DNA of 59,240 bases from Candidatus Sumerlaeota bacterium (GTDB lineage Bacteria > Sumerlaeota > Sumerlaeia > SLMS01): NCBI GenBank assembly GCA_007132505.1, contig SLOM01000098.1, positions 1 through 59,240 of the forward strand. Direction: 5' to 3'. The position numbers and the translations under genes were made by a program. The notes beneath the pieces are model-generated. The model saw only the letters and a program-made list of their open reading frames with translations, did no database searches and was not told where the DNA came from. Numbering within the stretch: the first letter of the stretch is position 1; every line of letters starts with the position of its first letter. Positions 20,842 through 29,507 of this stretch are shown in pieces.

Positions 20842-22206
20842 CTAATTCAGAACCACTGTTGCAAAGAGAGCATACTCGGTGAGCAACGTGCTGCGCTGGC
20901 TGCTGCCGAAGAGCGGCCCAAGGTATGGCACGCCCCCGAGGATCGGCGGGCCGGAGGTGTGCTCCTCGCGCCGGTGGTAGGTGTTTCGGGCGAGCGGCAG
21001 GGTCTGGCCGTCGCGCAGACGGACACGCGTGCTGACAGAACCCAGAGCCTCCCAGCCGCGCGAGCGCTGGTCCACGTCGAGATAGATGTGCTGTCCCTGC
21101 CGGCGGGCGCCGAGGCGAGCGGACAGGCCTTCGGCCGGACCGGCCATGGTCATCGTGGCCCAGCCCCCGAGCGGTACATACACGAGGCTTTCCGACTCGA
21201 CGCGGAGCCTCCCGGTCCGTTCGAGGGCACGCAGCCTTGCCTCAAAGCGGTCTCCCGGGCTGCCGATTCGAACGTCCGCGCCGTGATTGCCTGTGCTGCC
21301 CTGCACTCGCGGGTTCTCCGGCCGGGCTCCAGCGCTGTCGTAGGACAGCTCGCTCAACAGCGCGTTCAGCGAACTGGCCTCCGCCCGCACAAGGTGCAGC
21401 GTCACTTGGGCCGCGTGCGGGAAGTCCTCTTCCTGGTAGTACAGGGGCGCGCCCGGATACTGTGGGGTGAGCCCGCGGTGGGGGGTCTGATAGGCGGGCA
21501 GGGTGCGCACGGGCGGGGCCTGTGGCGGAAACTCCTCCCAGGCTCTCTCGGCTGCAGCCTCGGCGCTGCGGCCTGCGCGCATCTCTTCCACAAAACGGCG
21601 TGCAAAGCCGCGGGTCTGCATGTCGGGCGCTGTGATGAGAAGCCGCGGCGGGGACTCGTAGCCGTCTATACGCACCTGCGTGGGGACGGCACGCCGGGAC
21701 ATCAGCTTTGGCCCCGCTGGCGAACGAACCCCTGCTCCGTCCCTCGCGCGCAGCAGCACCGTCTCTCCGCCCCCATAGCGGCCCTGCCCAACCCGGGTGA
21801 CCTCCAACGGCCCGAGCGCAATGGCCCCGGCCCCTCCAAGGCGCGCACGATGGGTCTCCCCCGGAGTCAGAAGCAGCAGATTGTGCTGACCGCCCTCCGC
21901 CTGAAGCACCAGCAGGTGCCCGTCACCAAGGTCCAGTGCCTGCCCCGGCGAGATGTCCACCTGCGTCCATGAAACGGGAAGCGATGGGGCGGCCCGTGCC
22001 GCCTCGTAGGCGCTGATCGCCTCGCGGAGCTTGGGGCCGATGCGATCAAGGTCGGCGGCGCTCCGAAGGGAAACCTGCACCTGTTCCTGGGCAGCCGAGA
22101 CGGCCGGGACCAGGAGCACGCAGAGCAGAACCGAAATGTACCGGAGCACTGCCGGTGCTGCAAATCTGATGGAGTCTGGAATCTGGGATGCAGGGACCCT
22201 GGTCAT
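20842..22206 (-). CDS. Secretin C-domain protein with an unrecognised N-terminal region
   Basis: Signal-like N-terminus. The last ~170 aa follow the secretin pattern and end in PPILGGVPYLGPLFGSSQRSTLLTEYALFATVVL. Confidence 0.6.
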   Translation of the reverse strand: MTRVPASQIPDSIRFAAPAVLRYISVLLCVLLVPAVSAAQEQVQVSLRSAADLDRIGPKLREAISAYEAARAAPSLPVSWTQVDISPGQALDLGDGHLLVLQAEGGQHNLLLLTPGETHRARLGGAGAIALGPLEVTRVGQGRYGGGETVLLRARDGAGVRSPAGPKLMSRRAVPTQVRIDGYESPPRLLITAPDMQTRGFARRFVEEMRAGRSAEAAAERAWEEFPPQAPPVRTLPAYQTPHRGLTPQYPGAPLYYQEEDFPHAAQVTLHLVRAEASSLNALLSELSYDSAGARPENPRVQGSTGNHGADVRIGSPGDRFEARLRALERTGRLRVESESLVYVPLGGWATMTMAGPAEGLSARLGARRQGQHIYLDVDQRSRGWEALGSVSTRVRLRDGQTLPLARNTYHRREEHTSGPPILGGVPYLGPLFGSSQRSTLLTEYALFATVVLN

Positions 22207-22300
22207 GATGTGGGCCCTCCGTTCGCCGGAAATCGTCCCGCTTGAGCATCCCGACTGAAGCGGGCGCCACCTGGTTGGTTGGGACGTCTCCGGCCCGCCG

Positions 22301-24088
22301 TCAACCCTCTCCTTCGCGTGAAGCCAGTTCGGGCCCGTCCTCCGGTTCCTGAAGGGGTCCCTCCTTCAGGAACCGGATCATGTCCCGGGCCACTGGCGCA
22401 GCGATCTCTCCCCCACCCGCCTCCTGCTCCACCAGGTGAGCAAGCACGACGTAGTCGCGACCCTCATGAGGAAAGAATCCCACGAACCAAGCGTCCAGTG
22501 TTCCCTGTGGATTCTGAGCGCTCCCCGTCTTTCCGGCCACATTCCAACCGCGGGGGAACCCGGCGCGGTGGGACGTGCCGCCGGGTTCGTTCACCGCACG
22601 GCGGAGGCCTTCCACGATCTCTGCGATCTGCGAGCGGCTCAGTGGAATGCGTTCCCCCGGAGGGGCATCCCGGGACTCGGAACCCGGGTCCTCCAGGCCC
22701 AACCCACGCACCACGTGTGGGGTGGGCAACGTTCCCTCCCTGTTCGCGATGGGCGCGAAGGCCCGCACCATCTGGAGAGGAGTCACGAGCATGTCGCCCT
22801 GCCCGATCACAAGGTTCGTGAGCTGTCCCGCGGTGGGCCTGACCGCTCCGGTGAGCTGCCCGGCCCGCTCCCCTGGCAGGTCGAGTCCCGTGGGCTCTCC
22901 GAATCCGAAGGACCGGCCCATCTCCAGAATCGGCCCGGAGCCAAGCAGCGGACCCAACTCGTAGTAGTACACGTTGCAACTGTACTTCAGCGAGTCCCAA
23001 AGGTTCATCGGCCCGTGCCCGAGCCGGTTGGCGCAGTAGAACGCCCGGTCCCACCCGGGAAGCCGGAAACTGCCCCGGCACTCGATTGTGTGGTCCGCCG
23101 GAATTCCCTCCCGCAGGACAGCCGCCGCACCCACGATCTTGAACGTGGACCCCGGCGGATAAAGCCCCCGGTGGGCCAGGTTGATGAACCCCGCGTCCCG
23201 GCCACGCACCTGCGTGGCGCCGGGCCGGTGCGGATCGAAAGAAGGGGTGGACGCCAGCACCAACAGGGCTCCGGTCTGCGCGTCCATCAGGATGATCGAG
23301 CCCGTCCGACCACCCAGAAGGTCAACCGCCGCAGCCTGCAGCTTCGCATCGAGGGTCAGATAAACGTTCTTTCCCGGCTGGCTCGACTCGAGCAGGTCGG
23401 GGACTGTCACTCCCCTGCCACGGGCATCACGCCGGCGCCTTTCCCGTCCCGGATGACCGGCGAGTGCATCCTGCAGTTGACGCTCCAATCCTGTCCGCCC
23501 TACATCATCACTTGGGAGGTAACGGGGACGGGGGTAGAGATCCTCCTCACCCGGCTGAATCTTCCCGACATAACCAACGATGGAGGCGAGTTCGTAACCG
23601 TAGGGGTACTCGCGCCGGAGCACCTGCTGCGTGCGCACGCCCGGGAAGTCCCAAGGGCGCTCAAGGATGGGGAGGACAGCATCGTGGTCCACAGCACGCG
23701 CCAGCTCGTGGCGCGTCCAGCGGGGCCTCGTTGAGAGGATGGCCCCGGAATCCACCGTTTCACCGGAGACAGCAGCCACCTCCTCCAGCACGGAGCGGGC
23801 TTCCTCGTCGCCCATGCCGTAGGGGCTGAAGGTGATACGCCATGCCTTGCGGTTCGTAGCCACAGCGATTCCGTGGCGGTCGAAGACGTTTCCCCTTGGA
23901 TAAGGGAGGCGCTGGAGAGAATAAAGATTGTCGCGGGCCTGTTGGAGACGGCGCTCGTGTTGCCCGACCGACAGGTTGACGAGCTGGAACGCCATAGCAA
24001 GGAGGGCAATTCCCACCACCCACAAAGCAAGCTTCCGGACCACGGGGTAGTGACCTTGGGCTGAGAGTGGCCGGGAGCGGTAGTCCAT
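22301..24088 (-). CDS. mrdA: Penicillin-binding protein 2 (peptidoglycan D,D-transpeptidase)
   Basis: N-terminal membrane anchor. The motifs STFK (PPGSTFKIVGAAA), S.N (YSCNVYY) and KTGS (AGKTGSAQ) are in order. Length 595 aa. Confidence 0.85.
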   Translation of the reverse strand: MDYRSRPLSAQGHYPVVRKLALWVVGIALLAMAFQLVNLSVGQHERRLQQARDNLYSLQRLPYPRGNVFDRHGIAVATNRKAWRITFSPYGMGDEEARSVLEEVAAVSGETVDSGAILSTRPRWTRHELARAVDHDAVLPILERPWDFPGVRTQQVLRREYPYGYELASIVGYVGKIQPGEEDLYPRPRYLPSDDVGRTGLERQLQDALAGHPGRERRRRDARGRGVTVPDLLESSQPGKNVYLTLDAKLQAAAVDLLGGRTGSIILMDAQTGALLVLASTPSFDPHRPGATQVRGRDAGFINLAHRGLYPPGSTFKIVGAAAVLREGIPADHTIECRGSFRLPGWDRAFYCANRLGHGPMNLWDSLKYSCNVYYYELGPLLGSGPILEMGRSFGFGEPTGLDLPGERAGQLTGAVRPTAGQLTNLVIGQGDMLVTPLQMVRAFAPIANREGTLPTPHVVRGLGLEDPGSESRDAPPGERIPLSRSQIAEIVEGLRRAVNEPGGTSHRAGFPRGWNVAGKTGSAQNPQGTLDAWFVGFFPHEGRDYVVLAHLVEQEAGGGEIAAPVARDMIRFLKEGPLQEPEDGPELASREGEG

Positions 24089-24395
24089 TACCTGTTCGGT
24101 GCCTTCCCCACCTCAGCAGCTTCCGTGAAAGATGCGGCTGCAACGCTTGGGTGTCGCAGGAGTGTTACGGTGCAAAACCATATTATGAAACGGGTTACCC
24201 AGTGCTTGAAAATTTTCTGGAGCACAAAGCGTGAATTTGTGATCAAACACTTGCCAACCTCCCGGTGTCCTTGCGATGAATCCCGACGGTTGAGCGGCGC
24301 CCCACTGCTGGCCGCCCCGCCCCGTGAGAATCAATCAGGAAACCACCGCCGGGGCAAGTTCCTCCCGGGATAGGCGGAAACGGACAGATTTGGCC

Positions 24396-25271
24396 ATGCA
24401 CTTCATATACCTTCAGCAATCCGGAAAGCCCGTGGAGGTTGGTTCCGGTACCTTCTGGTCTCTGGCCGGGGTGGCCGTGCCTGAGGACAAGTGGCGCACA
24501 CTCCAGCTCCGCATCAACGGACTTGAGAAGTCCTTCCAGAAGACGAACTACACCCCCGGCGAGACCCGCCTGAATGCCAACGATCTCCTACACCCCCGCA
24601 ACGCCACACGCAAGTGGGCTCTGGCCTACTGCAAGGGCCTCCAGAAGATCGTCGCCACCCAGGACCTGAAATTCTTCCTCGTCGTGGTGGACAAGCGCAC
24701 CACCGACAAGCCTGCCCACCCCAAGTGGCTGCTGCCGCTGACCTATCACTACCTCTTCCGGCCGATCTCCCAGTACCTGCGCGAGAATGGCACAACCGGC
24801 GCTTTGGTGATCCCGCCCGGCCGGGACGAGGAGAGACGGGCCATCTCCGAACTCCAGTTCTCCTCGGTCTTCAGCTCCTCGTCCAAGCACAATCCCATTA
24901 TCGGGTCTCCGCTGCAGCAGTCCGAGCCCGAATCGGCCGGTCTTCAGGTTGCCGATTTCGTGGCCACCGTGGCACGCCGGTACCACGAGCACACCTACCC
25001 CAAGCTTTACAAGAAGGACGTCCTGAGCGACTACGACGCTGCCATAAACGGCCATTATCAGGCTTTCGTGAAGCCCAACACCTATCAGTCACCGACAACC
25101 GACGCCAAAGGCTTCCGCATCCGGGGGTACATCTACCTCTGGCGGCGCGAAGGCATCTACCCCGGCCGGCAGGACAGCGACGACGGGGTGCCTGTCGGTT
25201 CGGATGAATCCGGTGACGAGAATCCCATCAACTCCTCGGAACGGCCTCGCCGCCGTGTGGAGCAACGCTAG
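24396..25271 (+). CDS. DUF3800-like protein (N-terminal motif QQSG instead of DESG)
   Basis: MHFIYLQQSG at the N-terminus, FFLVVVDKR in mid-protein, and LQVADFVA (QxxD) near the C-terminus follow the DUF3800 layout as I recall it. ATG 24396 lies inside the ORF open from 24324. Confidence 0.5.
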   Translation: MHFIYLQQSGKPVEVGSGTFWSLAGVAVPEDKWRTLQLRINGLEKSFQKTNYTPGETRLNANDLLHPRNATRKWALAYCKGLQKIVATQDLKFFLVVVDKRTTDKPAHPKWLLPLTYHYLFRPISQYLRENGTTGALVIPPGRDEERRAISELQFSSVFSSSSKHNPIIGSPLQQSEPESAGLQVADFVATVARRYHEHTYPKLYKKDVLSDYDAAINGHYQAFVKPNTYQSPTTDAKGFRIRGYIYLWRREGIYPGRQDSDDGVPVGSDESGDENPINSSERPRRRVEQR

Positions 25272-25282
25272 AGGCAGGTGAT

Positions 25283-25603
25283 TCAGCGGGGCATAAGCGG
25301 CCGCTGCTCCTCCTTGTCCCCTCCGACAAGAAGGACGCGTGACCCCTTGCCATCCCCGCTCTCGTGGCAACCCGCCCGCGCGCCGGGCTCCAGAGCCGCG
25401 ATCAGCTTCTCCTGGCCTGGAGCCGCTTCGTAGAACTGGATGGACCAAGGCCCGGGGCGGTCAAGGAACTCGAAGGCCACCCGATAGTACCGGGGCGCCG
25501 TGCTCCCTTCCGGGACAGGGGTGACGGAGTGCACCCGAATACGGCGGGGATTCCCCCTCCGGAGCAGCTTGCGGGCACGCCGCCATCTGAAGTATCTAAA
25601 CAT
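25283..25603 (-). CDS. Hypothetical small basic protein
   Basis: 106-aa ORF from ATG 25603 (MFRYFRWRRARKLLRRG...), convergent with the DUF3800-like gene across an 11-nt gap. No recognisable family, so coding status is unproven. Confidence 0.35.
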   Translation of the reverse strand: MFRYFRWRRARKLLRRGNPRRIRVHSVTPVPEGSTAPRYYRVAFEFLDRPGPWSIQFYEAAPGQEKLIAALEPGARAGCHESGDGKGSRVLLVGGDKEEQRPLMPR

Positions 25604-25812
25604 CGGCCCCTCCTGCCGCCGGTTCACGAATCGGGGAGCGGTGGGTTGCCCCGCCCCGGCGGGAATAAGACGGGCCGCCAAATCCGGGACAAGCAAAGAG
25701 GCGGGCCTGACAACCCTTCTCGCAAAACCGGCTTGGCAATTGCACTGCCTCGTCCCGGGCCCGCCGTGACGCGGGTGAACCCGTAAACCAACGCAAAGGG
25801 CACACGCCTCCC

Positions 25813-26391
25813 ATGTTCTACTATGCCATCAGCCTCCTTGCTGTCGCCGCCATTGCCATCCTGACCGCCTCCTGCGGCACACGTGCGTCCGAAGGCACTG
25901 ACCGCGCAACCGTTGAGCCGACCGAGAACCGCTCCGGGGAGATGCTCGAAGTCGGTGCGACGGCCCCTGACTTCACCGTGCGGGATGAAAGGGGTAATGA
26001 GGTGATCCTGTCCGCTTTTCGCGGCGAACAGAATGTCGTGCTGATATTCTACCCCGCCAACGAAACACCCGGCTGCACCGCCCAGCTCTGTGCCGTGCGG
26101 GACGAGTGGGACGATTTCACCGCCGCAAACGTTCAGGTCTTCGGCGTCAACACCGCCAACGCGCTCTCTCACCGGTCCTTCTCAGAAAACCACAACTTCC
26201 CCTTCCCCCTCCTGGCGGACACGGGCGGAGACATCGTCCGCGCTTACGGATGCCGGGGCACCCTCGGCGTCATCAAGCGCACCGTGTATGGCATCAACAA
26301 GGACGGGCAGATTGTCTTCGCGGAGCGCGGCATGCCGGATACCGCCCAAATCCTGGCTGCCTTTGAAGAGGCCGGCGGTTCATCCGGCTGA
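25813..26391 (+). CDS. bcp: Peroxiredoxin, Bcp/AhpC-TSA family, with N-terminal export/lipoprotein-like signal
   Basis: FYPANETPGCTAQLC (the C-x4-C of Bcp). The N-terminus MFYYAISLLAVAAIAILTASCG is hydrophobic and ends in a Cys. Confidence 0.8.
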   Translation: MFYYAISLLAVAAIAILTASCGTRASEGTDRATVEPTENRSGEMLEVGATAPDFTVRDERGNEVILSAFRGEQNVVLIFYPANETPGCTAQLCAVRDEWDDFTAANVQVFGVNTANALSHRSFSENHNFPFPLLADTGGDIVRAYGCRGTLGVIKRTVYGINKDGQIVFAERGMPDTAQILAAFEEAGGSSG

Positions 26392-26461
26392 CGCCCGGCG
26401 CGGGCATGCACTCTTCCCGTGACCCACAGCCCCGGCTGCGGAGCAATGAGCATGTGAGAAA

Positions 26462-27391
26462 TTGCCGGGGAGGGTGCAGGCCCGCTTGGAAAAGGCTCCC
26501 ACTGTCACCATCGTCATCTGTGCGCGGAATGCCGAGGATCACCTGAAACGGCTACTCCCCGCGCTCAGGACCCAGGACTATCCACGGTCGCGGATGCGAG
26601 TGCTCGTGGTGGACAATGGTTCCTCGGACGGTACCCGGGCCACCGCCCGGGAGCACGGTGCAGCCGTCCGAGTGTGCCAGCGGACCGGAGTCGTCCACGC
26701 GCGGGAGATGGGCTGGCGCGTGGCGCGGTCCGAATACGTCGCCTTCCTCGATGCGGACTGTGTACCTCCCCGAAACTGGCTCAGGCGCGCTTTGCGGCCC
26801 TTCGGGGCCAATGAACGGCTGGGGGCCGTGGGGGTGCGCCTCGTGCCGGGTCCGGTGCACACCCTTGCCGAACGCCACATCGTCGAGGCTCGTATCCTTG
26901 ATACAGACCGCTTCCGGGAGCGGAACGCCCTGCAGTTCCCCTTCCTCGTGACCGCCGGGATGGTGGTTCGCGGGGCTGCGCTGGAGGACGTCAGCGGATT
27001 CGACGTGACCTTCGGGCGGGCAACCGGTGAGGACGCTGATCTTTGCTGGCGGCTGGAACGCCGCGGCTGGGAGACACGCTACCTGCCCGGGCTCGAGGTT
27101 GTTCACCACCATCGCGCGACTCTCCTGCGGATGCTCCAGCAGGTGCGCTGGTACGGCATGGCAAGCGCCTTCCTTTTTGCTCGCTGGCGGGAGGAGTTTG
27201 GCTGGTGGCGTTACACGGACTGGGCCGTTTACCGGCGCCTCGGAATGGGCGCGCTACTGGCCCTCCCGGCTCTTCTCGGGGGGGGGAAGGCCTACGAGCG
27301 GGCCCGCCCGGCCCTCGAGATGCTCGATGCCGCGGCGTTCCTGGCCGGGAAGTGGGAAGGCGCGATCCGCAACCGGGTGTTCTTCCTGTAG
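26462..27391 (+). CDS. Glycosyltransferase family 2
   Basis: VTIVICARNAEDHL...LVVDNGSSDGT, FLDADC, and GEDADLCWR (ED motif). The start is uncertain (TTG 26462, GTG 26474 or TTG 26486). Confidence 0.8.
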   Translation: MPGRVQARLEKAPTVTIVICARNAEDHLKRLLPALRTQDYPRSRMRVLVVDNGSSDGTRATAREHGAAVRVCQRTGVVHAREMGWRVARSEYVAFLDADCVPPRNWLRRALRPFGANERLGAVGVRLVPGPVHTLAERHIVEARILDTDRFRERNALQFPFLVTAGMVVRGAALEDVSGFDVTFGRATGEDADLCWRLERRGWETRYLPGLEVVHHHRATLLRMLQQVRWYGMASAFLFARWREEFGWWRYTDWAVYRRLGMGALLALPALLGGGKAYERARPALEMLDAAAFLAGKWEGAIRNRVFFL

Positions 27392-27423
27392 GACCGTGAA
27401 CCTGCGGCCTGTCTCGGAGCAGA

Positions 27424-27876
27424 TCAGTCCTTCAGCAGCGACCGGATTTCCGTGTTGAAGTCGTGCAGGTCCCGGAACTGTTTGTAAACGGACGCAAAGC
27501 GGAGATAGGCCACCTGATCAATTTCCTTGAGACGCTTGAGGACGAGGCGGCCCAGCTGCTCGGTGGTCACTTCCTTGTGGGGATTCTGGAAGGCGTCCCG
27601 CTCGATGCCGTTCACCAGTGCCTCGATCTGGGCAGCGCTGACAGGGCGCTTCCTGCAGGCCTTCTCGATGCCGTGCTGGAGACGCTCACGGGAGTAGGGT
27701 GCCGTCGAGCCGTTGCGCTTGATGACGGTCATCTCGGCCTTCTCGATGATTTCATACGTGGTGAAGCGGGTCTGGCAGACGGGACACTCGCGCCGCCGGC
27801 GAATGGATTCGCCAGCGTTTGCGGGACGTGAGTTGATGACGCGCGTGTCGGGCGACGCGCAGTTCGGGCATTTCAT
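27424..27876 (-). CDS. nrdR: Transcriptional repressor NrdR
   Basis: MKCPNCASPDTRVINSRP......IRRRRECPVCQTRFTTYE zinc ribbon followed by an ATP-cone. ATG 27876 lies within a longer ORF. Confidence 0.92.
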   Translation of the reverse strand: MKCPNCASPDTRVINSRPANAGESIRRRRECPVCQTRFTTYEIIEKAEMTVIKRNGSTAPYSRERLQHGIEKACRKRPVSAAQIEALVNGIERDAFQNPHKEVTTEQLGRLVLKRLKEIDQVAYLRFASVYKQFRDLHDFNTEIRSLLKD

Positions 27877-28083
27877 CCGGTCATCCTGTCCGGTCCGCCG
27901 GAAAGGCCGCAGCATCCGGCGCCCTGCGAGGAGGACACTTTTCCCACGGCCGGGGGGGCGAAGCATGGAAGTGTCCCACCATCCGTTGGAAGGATGACGG
28001 GACACGGAAAGACGGAGTCAATTGGATACGGCCGCCACAGCCCGCGCGGCTCAGGTCCGGAGGAATCCCGGTCCACTCCCGGC

Positions 28084-28410
28084 TCAGAGATGCTTGTCTA
28101 TCATCTTCGCCATGTGATCTTTGGGGACGGCTCCGGTCTGCGCCTCCACGGGCTGACCGCCCTTGAAAACCATCAGGGTGGGGATGCTCGTGATGCCATA
28201 GCGGGCGGCGACCTGACCGGCCTCGTCCACGTCCACCTTCACCACCACTGCCTTGCCTTCGTAGTCCGAGGCTAGTTCCTCCACGAAGGGGGCAATGCGC
28301 TTGCACGGTGGGCACCAGCTTGCCCAGAAGTCCACGAACACTGGCTTGTCGGACTGAAGCACCTTCGCGTCAAAATCGGTGTCCGAAACGGAAAGGGTGG
28401 CACCTGCCAT
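28084..28410 (-). CDS. trxA: Thioredoxin (active site WCPPC)
   Basis: 108 aa. VLVDFWASWCPPCKRIAP, then the GI.SIPTLMVFKGG fold pattern. Confidence 0.9.
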   Translation of the reverse strand: MAGATLSVSDTDFDAKVLQSDKPVFVDFWASWCPPCKRIAPFVEELASDYEGKAVVVKVDVDEAGQVAARYGITSIPTLMVFKGGQPVEAQTGAVPKDHMAKMIDKHL

Positions 28411-28505
28411 AGTAATGGTCTCCCGATAAAGGTCGTAGGCCGGGCGTTGTTATGCCTGCCTCGTTTCCCCGCCGTTGCACCGCTTGTGCCAACGGCAGGT
28501 TGGGG

Positions 28506-29297
28506 CTACGCCGTCGTTGCGGCGGCGGGCACCCCCATGATGCTCTGTCCCGCATCCACGAACACCACCTGACCGGTGATGCCGCTTGAGGCGGGCCCAA
28601 GGAGGAAGGCTGCTGTGTTTCCGACCTCCTCGGCCGTTACGTTGCGGCCCAGCGGGCTCTTGCGGCTGCCCTCGTCGAGCATATTGCCGAAGCCGCTGAT
28701 GCCACGAGCCGCGAGCGTCTTGATGGGTCCGGCGCTGATGGCGTTCACCCGTACCTGTTTGCGGCCGGCATCCCAGCAGGCGTACCGCATGGCCGCCTCC
28801 AGTGCCGCCTTGGCCACACCCATCACGTTATAGTTGGGGTAAACCTTGCCGGTGTCGTAGGTCAAGGTAAGCACCGAGCCGGACTCGGACTTTTCGAGCA
28901 GTGGCATCATGGCCCGGGTCAGCTCCAGCAGCGTGTACGCGCTGATGTGAAGCGCGGTGTTCCAACCGTCCAGCGAGGTCTTGAGGATGCCCGGCGTGAG
29001 ATCCTCCTTGGGTGCGAAGGCAATGGAGTGGACCAGCCCGTCGAGCACGCCCCATTCCTTTGCCAGCATGTCCGCCACTTCGGCCGCCTGCTCAGAACTG
29101 GACGCATCCAGCTCGTAGCACGGCAAGTGGGGGTCCACCGACTGGGCCAGGTCACGCACTCGCTGCTCCAGACGCTGGTTCTGATAGGTAAGTGCCACCT
29201 GCCCGCCCTCCCGCAGAACAGCCTCTGCGACCGCCCACGCTATCGAGGAGCGATTGGCCACACCCGCCACCAGCACTTTCTTGCCTTCAAGCAACAT
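28506..29297 (-). CDS. fabI: Enoyl-[acyl-carrier-protein] reductase (NADH) FabI
   Basis: From ATG 29297: MLLEGKKVLVAGVANRSSIAWAVA, LTYDTGKVYPNYNVMGVAKAALEA, VRVNAISAGPIKTLAA. Collinear with E. coli FabI. Confidence 0.9.
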   Translation of the reverse strand: MLLEGKKVLVAGVANRSSIAWAVAEAVLREGGQVALTYQNQRLEQRVRDLAQSVDPHLPCYELDASSSEQAAEVADMLAKEWGVLDGLVHSIAFAPKEDLTPGILKTSLDGWNTALHISAYTLLELTRAMMPLLEKSESGSVLTLTYDTGKVYPNYNVMGVAKAALEAAMRYACWDAGRKQVRVNAISAGPIKTLAARGISGFGNMLDEGSRKSPLGRNVTAEEVGNTAAFLLGPASSGITGQVVFVDAGQSIMGVPAAATTA

Positions 29298-29507
29298 CCG
29301 CTTTGCTCCCGCGGTAAGGAATGGGTGCGATGGGAGGGTCGGGGGCCGGATGGGGCAAGCCGGAAACCCCCGCTCCCGCCGGCCCGGCAAAGCAAGCGAT
29401 CCACAGAACTTGCCCCCCGGACGGTGGGCGGCACGCTTGGGGCCGCCCGGGGCAGCTCCGCAGAGAGCAGAGCCTGTCCCCGGAAAGCCCTCCAGACGGA
29501 AACAGCC

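Noticed and set aside
25700-25765. 8-bp long-range pairing GGCGGGCC/GGCCCGCC enclosing a GCAATTGC palindrome in the bcp upstream spacer
   Set aside because: G/C-only octamers recur by chance in this composition. There is no supporting nested structure or known motif.
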